DNA from: an uncultured Gammaproteobacteria bacterium
Lineage (GTDB): Bacteria; Patescibacteriota; Patescibacteriia; Magasanikbacterales; UBA922
Reading direction: 5' to 3'
Assembly (NCBI GenBank): GCA_964612105.1
Contig: CAZTEU010000002.1
Location: forward strand, 19,697-83,696
DNA: 64,000 bases
Of this stretch, positions 17,523 to 27,775 are shown in pieces. A program made the position numbers and the translations under genes. Numbering within the stretch: position 1 is the stretch's first letter; each line of letters opens with the position of its first letter. The notes under the pieces are model-generated. The model saw nothing but the letters and a program-made list of their open reading frames with translations, was not told the origin of the DNA and searched no databases.

Positions 17523-17978
17523 TTACTGCCCAGACACCTCTTCTTCCTTTACTTTGGCAGTTAGTCCACGCTTTCTTGTAACACTTGGTTTGGAAGACTC
17601 CAAACCTTTCATTGTAACTTTGCCATGAACCAAAGCTCCTGCCTCTATTGAAAGAATTTTACATGAAATATCTCCAGCTACACGAGCTGTTGCTTTTAGT
17701 TCTACCCCATTAGCAACCTTTACATTTCCAGAGATTTCTCCTGCCACAACAGCCTCTCCAGCCTTAACATTCGCAGAAATCTTAGCACCCTCTTCCACTG
17801 TAAGCAATTGACTGGTTTTTACATTTCCTGCTACTGAGCCTTTTACAAGAATACTACCCTCTGAATTGAAATCCCCCTCAACATGAACAGATGGTCCAAC
17901 CACAGTTTCTACATTATCTGGATCTTTTGGCAGTTCTTCGTTTTGGACAGGCATTTCCTCTGAGGATTTTTGGAACAT
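17523..17978 (-). CDS. bactofilin-family cytoskeletal protein
   Basis: 151 aa; repetitive beta-helix pattern (V/I-x-G-x-V/I)n: VKGSVAGNVKTSQLLTVEEGAKISANVKAGEAVVAGEISGNVKVANG. Confidence 0.65.
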   Translation of the reverse strand: MFQKSSEEMPVQNEELPKDPDNVETVVGPSVHVEGDFNSEGSILVKGSVAGNVKTSQLLTVEEGAKISANVKAGEAVVAGEISGNVKVANGVELKATARVAGDISCKILSIEAGALVHGKVTMKGLESSKPSVTRKRGLTAKVKEEEVSGQ

Positions 17979-18072
17979 ATATTAATATCTTATTAATTTA
18001 GGCGTGGAGTTATGATAACGCAAAAGACAGTTTTTTTCAACTGCCTCTGAGTATATAGTGTGTTCACTTTAT

Positions 18073-19770
18073 TTACATCTTTTCCACAGTTTCTATACCA
18101 AGCAATCCCAAGCCGTGCTCCATTACAGCAAGTACATTGGAAATTAGCTGGAGTCTATAGTTCTTTATTTCTGTATCATTATCCAGAACAACACATGATT
18201 CATAGAATACGTTGAATAATTGTGCCATGTTGAACAGGTATTGAGCAACTTTTGATGGATCATACTCCAACATGGCAGACTTTGTTACATCTGGATATTT
18301 TGCAAGTAAGAGTAATATATTTTTTTCTGCATGGTGTATTTCTATATCCTTAACACCTACCTTTGTACTTTCTTTGTATTCGCCTTTTCTCAATATACTT
18401 TTTATACGAGCACAGATATATTGCAAATATGGGCCGCTGTTTCCTGAAGTACTAATTGATTCATTGATATCGAAAGAGCTGTCATTCTGCACTCCAGTTT
18501 TTAGCATGGAATACTTTACTGCCCCGCCACTTATCTTTTCTACTGCACTTTCTTTGTCCTTTACGTCTGAATCCTTCATCTTTTCCTCAATCATCTTTTT
18601 TACCTCGTCTAGTAACCATTCACCCAAAACCACTTTTCCTGTCCTAGAACTCATCTTTCCTTTTTTTAGACTTACCCATCCATACCACATGTGTTCTTCT
18701 TTCCCTTTTATATTTGGAAATATTTTTTCTAGTGCCTTAAAAACTACACTAAAATATTCTTTCTGTTCACGACCAGTTATATGGATAATCTTGTTTGGTG
18801 CATGCTCTTTTACCTGCAATTCTGCAAGTGCCATTTCCTTTCCCTCATATGTTGCATACCCTTTGCTATTAATAAATACCCTGTCGTGTAAGCCATGCTT
18901 GCTTCCTTCAAAAATAATAGCACCATCACTTTTCTTGAAGATTCCTTTCTTTATATTCTCGTTTACTATTTCTACTCCTCGCGTAAATACTTCTGATTCG
19001 AAATATAGTCTTTCAAATTTTGTTCCAACTCTTCTATATATTAAATCAAAATATTCTAGGCTCCAAGCACGTGTTGTTTCATATACTTCTTCCACTGAGG
19101 AGTCTTTGGTGTATATATATTCGTTATTTTTTATAATTTGTTCTTTTGCTTTCTCATTTTTTTCAAAAGCTGTAGACCCTTCTGAGTAAGCTTTTCCCAA
19201 AAATGCTATTTTTTCGTGAATATCTTTTTTCTGCACTTTCTTATACTCATCTTTCATTTGTTCTATTCCGTATAGTGCTTTTGCTATGTGCATTCCTACG
19301 TCTCCCTGATAGTTTACGCGCGTCACATTATATCCGCCATTCTCTAGTAATCTAGATATACTTTCACCTGTTAATATATTTCTGAGGTGCCCTATGTGGA
19401 AAGCCTTGTGTGTGTTTGGGTGCGCAAACTCTACTACTATATTCTTCTTATTTCCTGCCTTATTACTTCCATATTTTTTACCCTCTTTTTTCATTGTCTT
19501 AAAAACCAAATCTGCAAGTACAGAGCTATTAATATAGAAATTTACATAGGGTCCAAAAGCCCTAACTTCCGATATACTACTATCTTTGCCTGTACTTATT
19601 TTGTCAGCAAGTTTTTTTGCAAACTCAGCTGGGTTTTTCCCTTTTGCATAATCAAAAACAGGAAATGCTAAATCCCCCATTTCTGGTTTTGGGGGCGTGT
19701 TAAGACTCTTGGGGTCTTTTATGCCTGCGTCTTTTAGTAGTTTTATGATTTCCTTGTTAATCTTCTCCAT
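18073..19770 (-). CDS. argS: arginyl-tRNA synthetase
   Basis: 565 aa; HIGHLRN class I signature; ArgS N-terminal additional domain; C-terminus ends in M, as is typical. Confidence 0.9.
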   Translation of the reverse strand: MEKINKEIIKLLKDAGIKDPKSLNTPPKPEMGDLAFPVFDYAKGKNPAEFAKKLADKISTGKDSSISEVRAFGPYVNFYINSSVLADLVFKTMKKEGKKYGSNKAGNKKNIVVEFAHPNTHKAFHIGHLRNILTGESISRLLENGGYNVTRVNYQGDVGMHIAKALYGIEQMKDEYKKVQKKDIHEKIAFLGKAYSEGSTAFEKNEKAKEQIIKNNEYIYTKDSSVEEVYETTRAWSLEYFDLIYRRVGTKFERLYFESEVFTRGVEIVNENIKKGIFKKSDGAIIFEGSKHGLHDRVFINSKGYATYEGKEMALAELQVKEHAPNKIIHITGREQKEYFSVVFKALEKIFPNIKGKEEHMWYGWVSLKKGKMSSRTGKVVLGEWLLDEVKKMIEEKMKDSDVKDKESAVEKISGGAVKYSMLKTGVQNDSSFDINESISTSGNSGPYLQYICARIKSILRKGEYKESTKVGVKDIEIHHAEKNILLLLAKYPDVTKSAMLEYDPSKVAQYLFNMAQLFNVFYESCVVLDNDTEIKNYRLQLISNVLAVMEHGLGLLGIETVEKM

Positions 19771-19773
19771 AGC

Positions 19774-20949
19774 CTACACAATCTTTACAAAGAATCTTTT
19801 TCCTTTTTGGACAACATCTCCTTTTTTTACTTTCGTTCTTGGGTCACTCACTTTCTTATCGTTTATCTTTACTCCTCCACCTTCCATGGTACGGCGTGCA
19901 TCTGAATTACTCTTTGCAAAACCAGCATTAACTAAAACATCTATTATGTTTTTGCCTACAGCTTTGGTATTTTCCATGTCTTTTGGTTTTTCTTTTGTCT
20001 GAAACACCTTTGCAAAATGCTTCTTTCCTTTTTCTGCTGAGCTCTCACCTAAAAATGTTTTTGTTATTTCATATGCGAGGCGTAATTTTGCATCCCTAGG
20101 ATTCTTCTTGCTGTTTAATTTCTTTATCTCCTCCTGTGTGAGTGTAGTACACAACTCAAAACCTATATCTATTGAGTCATCTGCCCACGTCATCACCTTT
20201 CCAAACATATCTTCTGCAGAATCATTAAGAGCTATCATATTACCCTCACTTTTCCCCATCTTTTTACCTGTACCGTCTACCAAAAGCTTTGTGGTTAATA
20301 CAAATTTTTCTTTTCCTAACATATCTTTCATAAGAGAACGACCAGCAAGCATATTGAAAGTTTGGTCATTTCCTCCAACCTCTCCGTCCACGTCCATAAC
20401 AACAGAATCGTATGCTTGCATAAGTGGGTACAAAAACTCATGAAGTCTGACTGTCTTACCTTTCTCTAATCTTTTCTGGAACATGTCCCTTTCCAATAAT
20501 TGAGGTACAGTAAAATGTACAGCAATTTCCATAAGGTCCTCAAAATTAAGCTTTCCTAACCATTTGCTGTTGTATTTTACCTCCACAGGATTTTTTCCAC
20601 CAAAATCTAAAATCCTACTTGCCTGTTCTTTGTATTTTTTTAGATTTTCCTTAACTTGTTTCTTAGTAAGCTTCTGCCTTTCTGAGCTCTTATCTGTAGG
20701 ATCTCCAATTGTGCCTGTAAAATCACCTATTAACATTATTATCTTATGCCCTAAATCCTGAAACTGCCTTAATTTTAGCATTGTAATTCCATGTCCAATG
20801 TGTAGGGTTGGGGCTGTTGGGTCATAACCTGTATATAGTGTAAGTTTATTGTCGCCTTTTAATTTCTTCTCCAAAAAACCACGTGAAGGGTACACCCTTT
20901 CCACGCCTCTATCTAATATATTTTTTACTTGTTCCTTTTTTGCAGGCAT
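19774..20949 (-). CDS. tyrS: tyrosyl-tRNA synthetase
   Basis: 391 aa; TLYTGYDPTAPTLHIGHG and KMGKS motifs; C-terminal S4-like domain. Confidence 0.9.
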   Translation of the reverse strand: MPAKKEQVKNILDRGVERVYPSRGFLEKKLKGDNKLTLYTGYDPTAPTLHIGHGITMLKLRQFQDLGHKIIMLIGDFTGTIGDPTDKSSERQKLTKKQVKENLKKYKEQASRILDFGGKNPVEVKYNSKWLGKLNFEDLMEIAVHFTVPQLLERDMFQKRLEKGKTVRLHEFLYPLMQAYDSVVMDVDGEVGGNDQTFNMLAGRSLMKDMLGKEKFVLTTKLLVDGTGKKMGKSEGNMIALNDSAEDMFGKVMTWADDSIDIGFELCTTLTQEEIKKLNSKKNPRDAKLRLAYEITKTFLGESSAEKGKKHFAKVFQTKEKPKDMENTKAVGKNIIDVLVNAGFAKSNSDARRTMEGGGVKINDKKVSDPRTKVKKGDVVQKGKRFFVKIV

Positions 20950-20950
20950 A

Positions 20951-23629
20951 TTATTTTTTTAATGTTTTCTTTTGTATTTCTAGTTTTTCCAACTTAATTT
21001 TTGCATCTGCAAGCTTCCTTTTCTCTGCTTCTATTACTTTCTCTGGAGCATTTGCTGTAAACTCCTTGTTACTGAGCTTTGTCTCTAAACTCTTTACATA
21101 CGGCGCAACCTCTGAAATCTCTTTTTCTAGTCTCTTTGACTCTTTATTAAAATCTACAGCATCTGAGAGATCAACAAATACTTCTATTTTTCCACCAACT
21201 ATTCCCACGTACCCTTTCTTTGGTTTGAAACTCTTTTCATACTTCACCTCTTTAATCCTACCTAGCTTAGTAAACCAATTTTCATTGTTCTTAAAGATAC
21301 CTTCTTTATCTCCTACAACAACAATACTAAACAAGGTGCTCTGAGGAATCTTATACTCATTTCTTAATGACCTTATCTCTGTAATTGTATTCTTGATGAT
21401 ATCAAAACCGTGTGCAGGATATACCATTGCTTTTGCAGGCCACTTTTCTACCATTAGAAGATTGTCTTTGTCATACATTTCCTGCCAAAGTGTTTCTGTA
21501 ACAAAAGGCATAAACGGATGCCACAGTTTTAGTACTGTGTTGAGCGTGTAGTTTAGTATATCACTTTTATCGCCCTCTATTTTTGCTATTTCCAAGTACC
21601 AGTCTGCAAGCTCATTCCATGTAAAGTCTCTTAATTTTTCTCCTGCAATTGAAAAACGATAATTCTCAATATCATCTGTAGTCTGATCTATAAGATCATG
21701 AAGACGGGAAAGTAACCACTGGTCTGCTAATGTCTCTGCTTTTGGTTCTTTTACATCCACTTTTGGTTCTTTAACTTGCAAAAGAATAAATCTAGAAATA
21801 TTCCATAGCTTGTTAGCAAAATTTCTATAGTTCTCAATCTTTTGTATTGAAAGATTTGTATCATTTCCTGGAGTCATCCCAATTAGTAGAGAAAGTCGTA
21901 CAGCATCTGTTCCATATTTTGTGCACACATCAAGTGGGTCTATTACATTTCCAAGAGATTTACTCATCTTTTTCCCTTTTGCATCTTTAACCAATCCATG
22001 CAGATATACTGTTTCAAAGGGGGTTTGTCCAAGTAAATATGTAGACATTAAAATCATTCTAGCAACCCAAAAGAAAATTATGTCATACCCTGTCTCCATT
22101 ACTGTTGTAGGGTGGAAGTTTTTTAGATCTTCTGTCTTTTCTGGCCAGCCAAGTGTAGAAAAAGTCCAAAGTCCAGAACTAAACCATGTGTCCAGCGTGT
22201 CTGGGTCTTGTTCTAACTTTTTACTACCGCAGGTTGTGCACTTTTCTGTATCCTCAATAGATACAATTACAGCATTACAATTTTTTTCCTTGCAGTACCA
22301 AACTGGAATTCTGTGACCATACCAAATTTGTCTAGAAATACACCAGTCTTTTAGGTTGTCTACCCAGTTGAAATATATCTTATCAAACCTTTCCGGCAAT
22401 ATCTCAATTTGTTTACTTCTTACAGCATTTTGCATTAGTTGTTTTAGGGAAACATCTTGGCCTTCTTTAATATTTTTCAATTCTTTACTATTGTTTGTAA
22501 ATGTATTGCTTACACTAATAAACCACTGTAGACGAACCTGGGGCTCAATAACACCTCCACCACGATAGTTAGTTGCAACACTATGAACGTAATCTTCATC
22601 GACTCTAGTTAGTAATCCTTTTTCTTTAAGCTTCTCAACAATTTTTGAGCGAGCTTCGGAAATTTCCATTCCAGCAAACTCTTTTGCAATAGGCAAAAGC
22701 TTTCCATCTAAATCGATAATTGGTTCTGCGTCTAAGTCGTGACGTTCCGCAATGTAAAAATCAGTTGTATCATGCCATGGTGTGATTGTCATGACTCCAG
22801 TACCAAATTCTGGGTCTGCTGCCTTATCTTTAATTATAGTTGCTGTAATTTTTCCATTTATCCATTCACATTCAAAAGTGTCTCCGTGCTTGTATTTCTT
22901 ATACCTCTTATCGTCTGGATGCATTACAACATATTTGTCACCAAATTTAGTTTCTGGCCTTGCTGTACCAATCTCAAAAGGACCATACTTAAAATAATAG
23001 AAAGGTGCCTTTTCTTCCTTACGCTCAATCTCATCATCCGAAACATTGCTTTGCATCTTTGGGTCCCAATTAACAATACGTTCTCCACGATATATCAAAC
23101 CATCATCATACATCTTCTTAAAAGCTGTGCGGACTGCAATACCTCGTTCTTCATCTAATGTAAACGCTTCACGACTCCAGTCTAAAGACGCACCCATTTT
23201 CTTACTCTGGTTTACAATAGTATCATGAGACTTTTGAGCATATTCATCAACTCGTTTTAAAAACTTCTCACGACCAAGATCATGTCGTGTTTTTCCTTCT
23301 TCATCATGAAGTATTTTTTCCACTTTTGACTGAGTTGCAATAGCTGCGTGATCCGTTCCTGGCAACCACAAAGTCCTATCTCCTTTCATGCGATGATAAC
23401 GAACCATAACATCTTCTACAGCAAGCATTACAGCATGTCCAATATGGAGAGTACCTGTAACATTAGGAGGTGGTAAAACAATAGAAAATGTGTCCGCTTT
23501 CTTGTTTGTAATCTTTTTTTCTATACAAACATCTGGGTTAAAAAATCCGCTATCTTCCCAGCGTTTGTATATATTATCCTCATATTTCTGAGGTTCGTAT
23601 GCCTTTGGCAATTCTTTCATAAATTTCAT
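20951..23629 (-). CDS. valS: valyl-tRNA synthetase
   Basis: 892 aa; PPPNVTGTLHIGHA and KMSKSLGN motifs; C-terminal coiled-coil tail. Confidence 0.9.
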   Translation of the reverse strand: MKFMKELPKAYEPQKYEDNIYKRWEDSGFFNPDVCIEKKITNKKADTFSIVLPPPNVTGTLHIGHAVMLAVEDVMVRYHRMKGDRTLWLPGTDHAAIATQSKVEKILHDEEGKTRHDLGREKFLKRVDEYAQKSHDTIVNQSKKMGASLDWSREAFTLDEERGIAVRTAFKKMYDDGLIYRGERIVNWDPKMQSNVSDDEIERKEEKAPFYYFKYGPFEIGTARPETKFGDKYVVMHPDDKRYKKYKHGDTFECEWINGKITATIIKDKAADPEFGTGVMTITPWHDTTDFYIAERHDLDAEPIIDLDGKLLPIAKEFAGMEISEARSKIVEKLKEKGLLTRVDEDYVHSVATNYRGGGVIEPQVRLQWFISVSNTFTNNSKELKNIKEGQDVSLKQLMQNAVRSKQIEILPERFDKIYFNWVDNLKDWCISRQIWYGHRIPVWYCKEKNCNAVIVSIEDTEKCTTCGSKKLEQDPDTLDTWFSSGLWTFSTLGWPEKTEDLKNFHPTTVMETGYDIIFFWVARMILMSTYLLGQTPFETVYLHGLVKDAKGKKMSKSLGNVIDPLDVCTKYGTDAVRLSLLIGMTPGNDTNLSIQKIENYRNFANKLWNISRFILLQVKEPKVDVKEPKAETLADQWLLSRLHDLIDQTTDDIENYRFSIAGEKLRDFTWNELADWYLEIAKIEGDKSDILNYTLNTVLKLWHPFMPFVTETLWQEMYDKDNLLMVEKWPAKAMVYPAHGFDIIKNTITEIRSLRNEYKIPQSTLFSIVVVGDKEGIFKNNENWFTKLGRIKEVKYEKSFKPKKGYVGIVGGKIEVFVDLSDAVDFNKESKRLEKEISEVAPYVKSLETKLSNKEFTANAPEKVIEAEKRKLADAKIKLEKLEIQKKTLKK

Positions 23630-23717
23630 TCTATACCTCTTATTTTAGTAAAAATAGCCTAAAAAAGCAAGATTTATGCTCTAATGGGATAAATACACCC
23701 TCATATCCAGGAAATTA

Positions 23718-23746
23718 TTGACAAAAAATCGCTCAGTTGATATACT
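23718..23746 (+). promoter_or_regulatory. sigma70-type promoter TTGACA-N17-TATACT
   Basis: -35 at 23718-23723, 17-nt spacer, -10 at 23741-23746; in the divergent region between valS and a small plus-strand gene. Confidence 0.55.
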
Positions 23747-23788
23747 AATTCACTTCCCTGCTTGTCGGGGAGAGGAGGGCTCAACAGC

Positions 23789-24133
23789 ATGATTACCATA
23801 AAAATAGTGGTTTTCTGTCTCCTGCTCCTTGGCTTACGTGAGTACATAGTCAGGATGCAGTGGTTTTGGTGGGATAGTATCAAATACAAGCAAGAGAGGA
23901 TCTTCTACAACATTGGGGTACTGGGACTTCTCATCCTGATGACTGTTATTCCATGGATAGTGAGTTACTACACCTACAAGAACAGGCTCTTTCGTGGAAT
24001 ACTTCGTGACTTCGTAATCATACCACTGCTCATGTTCTGGATTACGAACAGTCTGCTCATTATGAACATCTACCTTGCTTTTGTTTTCATGAAGTACGTA
24101 TCCAAAAAGTATCCCACAGACAACCAAGACTGA
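23789..24133 (+). CDS. hypothetical small integral membrane protein (about 114 aa, 3 TM helices)
   Basis: Start chosen at the ATG at 23789, which follows GGAGGG by 9 nt. The sequence is Trp- and Tyr-rich. Confidence 0.5.
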   Translation: MITIKIVVFCLLLLGLREYIVRMQWFWWDSIKYKQERIFYNIGVLGLLILMTVIPWIVSYYTYKNRLFRGILRDFVIIPLLMFWITNSLLIMNIYLAFVFMKYVSKKYPTDNQD

Positions 24134-24200
24134 GTGAGCTCACCGGAGGAAAAGGAGGGCTCAAATTGAAACAGTTATTAAAGTGTTTCGATAAAGAGTT

Positions 24201-25349
24201 ATGGCACTAGACCAAACACAACAAATTAAAAAACTTTTAGAAGATAATAAGCATATTCTTATTACTTTTGGATCTGGAGATTCTGGTGATTCAGTTGGAG
24301 CAGCATTGGGCCTATCTTCTTATTTAAAAAAACTAGGTAAGAGAGTAGATATAGTCAGTGATGGTTTCGAACTTCCACGTCAACTAAAGTTCTTAAAGAA
24401 CTCAGAAAGAATTGCATCTCACTTTTCTCACCTACAGAAGTTTATTATTACAGTAGATGTTAAAGAAGCGGGACTACAAGAACTTAGTTATGATGTAAAA
24501 GACGGAAAACTACGTATCTTTGTAACCCCAAAGAAAGGTTTTTTCACAAAAGATAAACTACGCACAGCTCAGTCGGATTTTAAGTACGACCTAATTATTG
24601 TATTGTCTACTCCAGACTTGGAATCTCTTGGAAGGGTGTATGACAATCATGTGGAACTTTTTTATAAGGTGCCAATAATTAATATAGACCGCAAACCAAC
24701 AAACGAACACTTTGGTCAGATTAATATGGTAGATCTTACAAGCACAACAACCGCTGAAGTTGTTTTTGATCTTATACAAAAGCTTGGAAATGAACATATA
24801 GATGAGGAAATTTCTACTGCCCTACTCACAAGTATAATCTCAAACACAAGAAGTTTTAAGGCAGACAATATTAAACCACAGACTCTAAACACTGCAAGCA
24901 AACTAATTGGACATGGGGCAGATCGTGACTTTGTTGTAAAAAACCTATTCCACACACGTTCTATTTCTGCATTAAAACTTTGGGGGCAAGCACTTACAAA
25001 CCTACAGCAGGATGAGGAGCTTGGTCTAGTATATACATCTGTAACACGTGATGACATGTCTAGAACTTCTACAGATAAGCATGATATTCCGGAAATTATA
25101 GATGAACTTATTAGTAATTCTCCAGAAGCAAAGATTACACTTCTTCTTTTTGAAGACCCGGACAGGAATGAGGAGTATATTGTGCACGGAAAGCTAGTGA
25201 CAGATCGCGGATATAATGCACTACACCTAATTAATTCGTATAATCCAACAGGTAGTTCAAACTACGCATCGTTTACAACCCGAGGGATTCCTCTGCGTCA
25301 GCTACAGAAAGATATTCATGCAACATTAAGGAAGCAACTGAAAAAATAA
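24201..25349 (+). CDS. DHH-superfamily (NrnA-like) phosphoesterase homolog with substituted catalytic motifs
   Basis: 382 aa. GSGDSGDSVGAALGL sits where motif I (HxxPDGDAxGS) would be. YDNH stands in place of DHH. The C-terminal region is DHHA1-like. Confidence 0.4.
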   Translation: MALDQTQQIKKLLEDNKHILITFGSGDSGDSVGAALGLSSYLKKLGKRVDIVSDGFELPRQLKFLKNSERIASHFSHLQKFIITVDVKEAGLQELSYDVKDGKLRIFVTPKKGFFTKDKLRTAQSDFKYDLIIVLSTPDLESLGRVYDNHVELFYKVPIINIDRKPTNEHFGQINMVDLTSTTTAEVVFDLIQKLGNEHIDEEISTALLTSIISNTRSFKADNIKPQTLNTASKLIGHGADRDFVVKNLFHTRSISALKLWGQALTNLQQDEELGLVYTSVTRDDMSRTSTDKHDIPEIIDELISNSPEAKITLLLFEDPDRNEEYIVHGKLVTDRGYNALHLINSYNPTGSSNYASFTTRGIPLRQLQKDIHATLRKQLKK

Positions 25350-25350
25350 C

Positions 25351-25375
25351 AAAGTGCCACTAAGGCACTTTTTTC
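25351..25375. terminator. bidirectional rho-independent terminator between convergent genes
   Basis: AGTGCC-actaa-GGCACT followed by TTTTTT. Confidence 0.65.
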
Positions 25376-25378
25376 TTG

Positions 25379-26572
25379 TTATTTGTCCTCTGAAGGATTC
25401 AATCCTGCACTGCTATACCTATTAGATGCATTCCACAACAACCAACCTGCATTATCATACTTCTCAACAGCATCAATCTGAGCCCGGATATTTGTTGCTC
25501 CATAATGCGCTCCTATATTAAACGCTTGTAGCCATGGACGGACTTCTGCACGCCTTCCTTCAAATTTTGCAAGACCTTTTTTCATTCCATTGTCTATGAC
25601 AATACCAGGACTTGCTGCAGGATTAGAAAGTCCTAAATGCCCTGCGGGATAGTGAGATGGATACATCATTGGAGATATAAAATCTATGGAATCTACAGCA
25701 TCAATAAGACGCTGTCCTATACTTAATCCATTTTCTCGTTCCATAACAAAACCAAACATATCTATGGAAATCCAAGCAGGTTCGTGAGAGAGTTTACGAT
25801 CTAAAAACTTAAAAAAGTCTCGCATTACTTCTTCTTTTGTCCTATCCCCATTATTATATATCACTGTCCTAAGATTCCCATCTGAAGGAAAACGAACGTA
25901 GTCAAAATTAATTTCATCAAAACCAAATCTTATAGCCTCTTTTGCTATAGCTAAATTATAGTTCCATACGGATTCGTTTGCGGGGTCTACCCACGCCAAA
26001 CCTTTGTTATCTCGCCACAAACCTCCTCCTGTTTTTTTAATTGCCCACTCCGGCTTTCTTTCTGCTAAGGCAGGGTCTTGAAAAACTGTCTGACGAGCAA
26101 TCACATAAATGCCATTATTATGAAATTTACGAATAATTGATCTAATATCCCCTATTCTATGTTTCTCTGTACCAAATTCATTAACCCAGAGCATATTACT
26201 GTCATACAATACATATCCGCTATAATCTTTTATGTCTATAACTACAGCATTTAGTTCTGTCTTGTTTATCAAATCAATTATTGAATCTACCTTTGTTGGT
26301 AAACTTGCAGAATATGCCGTCAAGTACACCCCCTTAACAGGTTCTTTCATTGGTTTGTTAGAAACTTTCTTGAGTCGCACCTCCAATTCATTCTCTGGGG
26401 CTTTTAGGGATACAGCAGGTTTGTTGGTTAGGGCCAATGATTGCTGAGCATGAGATGTAATATTCCACTGCCACCCAATACCAAGAAGAGCAAAAACACT
26501 CACCCCTATAAATATAATCATGTAAAGGTGTGGATGCTTATGGTTTGGTTGTTTTAGCTTATGCTTTAACAT
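25379..26572 (-). CDS. putative glycoside-hydrolase-like (TIM-barrel, DUF4015/GHL-type) membrane-anchored protein
   Basis: 397 aa; N-terminal TM helix; KGVYLTAYSAS...NAVVIDIKDYSGYV and an overall pattern that resembles GH-like family proteins. Confidence 0.4.
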   Translation of the reverse strand: MLKHKLKQPNHKHPHLYMIIFIGVSVFALLGIGWQWNITSHAQQSLALTNKPAVSLKAPENELEVRLKKVSNKPMKEPVKGVYLTAYSASLPTKVDSIIDLINKTELNAVVIDIKDYSGYVLYDSNMLWVNEFGTEKHRIGDIRSIIRKFHNNGIYVIARQTVFQDPALAERKPEWAIKKTGGGLWRDNKGLAWVDPANESVWNYNLAIAKEAIRFGFDEINFDYVRFPSDGNLRTVIYNNGDRTKEEVMRDFFKFLDRKLSHEPAWISIDMFGFVMERENGLSIGQRLIDAVDSIDFISPMMYPSHYPAGHLGLSNPAASPGIVIDNGMKKGLAKFEGRRAEVRPWLQAFNIGAHYGATNIRAQIDAVEKYDNAGWLLWNASNRYSSAGLNPSEDK

Positions 26573-27767
26573 TTGATGATTTATGCAACTGAAGGAATAA
26601 TATCACAATAATTGAAAGTACAAATGCAAATACAAAAGGTAGACGGACATCATAACCTATTAATATAGCAGCACCAAATAATAAAGGATATTCTAAAATA
26701 TTGTGCACTAGGTTTGAAAGAGACATTGTTGTTGCACGATTGTATGAGTTGAACTTCTTATGGAATAGTTCAGAGAACAAAGGAAAGCGGAAAGCTTCTG
26801 CACATGATATTGCTATATATAAAGCTAATAATAGAATTGGAATTGGATTGTTATATAAGACAAGTAAAAACAGTCCTAATACTACACCAAAAGCAACAGC
26901 AAGCTCATTAAGTCTGTCTGTAACAGGTCTCTTTGAATGGAAGTGTCCAACATACCAGAACCATACAAACTGCAAAGCATGATTAACTCCCCAAAATATT
27001 CCAATTACAACTATATCTATACCAAGATCTACAAAAAACTTTTGGAAGTATGCCCAAGTCATAAAAAAAGCAAAGAACAGTATTTCCTTGTTTAGGATAG
27101 CGCGCATAAGGTGCGTATCAGAAAGAAGAAGTTTCATTGCATCCTTCATTACTCCAGCTTCCTGTGTCTCTACATCCATCTTGTGATTTGGTTCTATAAT
27201 ACGCAGTGCTAATATTAGAGAGATAAGCGCACCAGTCATGTCTATAATAATTATAGTAATAAACTGAGCTGACGTAAGGTCTCTAGCAATCAACACACCA
27301 ATTACAGGAGCAATAATTTTAAACAAACTTTTTCCAGAACGGAATCTACCTAGTTCAGACAAAGTATGTTTCTCCTGACCCAACTCTCTTGCTGTATCAT
27401 ACACAAGCGCTTCGTCTGTTCCGGAGAAGCAAGCAAAAGACACACCGTTTATAAACAGTGCTACGGACAACCAGACAAACCCGTGTGCAAAAATTAGGAT
27501 AAATAAATATAAAAGCACGAACAATATGCCTAGTAGAATTGTCTTCTTTCTACCCCAGTGATCCGCTAAATAACTAGAAGGTATTTCAAAAGCCAGAGAA
27601 CCTATTGCCCAAAAAATGGATAGATAAAAAATCTCCTGTAAAGAGACTCCCCTACTAAGATAGAATAGAGACATTACAACATTTAGCATTCTAACATTTG
27701 AGAATGCCTTAATCCAAAACATTCTAGTTGCATTTTTCTTTAATTTTTTTCTTCTATTTTTTTTCAT
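26559..27767 (-). CDS. MFS-type transporter
   Basis: 402 aa with about 12 predicted TM helices and an MFS-like loop arrangement. Confidence 0.55.
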   Translation of the reverse strand: MKKNRRKKLKKNATRMFWIKAFSNVRMLNVVMSLFYLSRGVSLQEIFYLSIFWAIGSLAFEIPSSYLADHWGRKKTILLGILFVLLYLFILIFAHGFVWLSVALFINGVSFACFSGTDEALVYDTARELGQEKHTLSELGRFRSGKSLFKIIAPVIGVLIARDLTSAQFITIIIIDMTGALISLILALRIIEPNHKMDVETQEAGVMKDAMKLLLSDTHLMRAILNKEILFFAFFMTWAYFQKFFVDLGIDIVVIGIFWGVNHALQFVWFWYVGHFHSKRPVTDRLNELAVAFGVVLGLFLLVLYNNPIPILLLALYIAISCAEAFRFPLFSELFHKKFNSYNRATTMSLSNLVHNILEYPLLFGAAILIGYDVRLPFVFAFVLSIIVILFLQLHKSSNVKA

Positions 27768-27775
27768 GTGACAGG

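Noticed and set aside
24148-24203. GGAGGGCTCAA at 24148 as the Shine-Dalgarno of the 24201 gene, or a TTG-start extension
   Set aside because: It is 43 nt upstream of the ATG. The in-frame codon at 24162 is TGA, and the TTG at 24161 opens a frame that stops after 14 codons.
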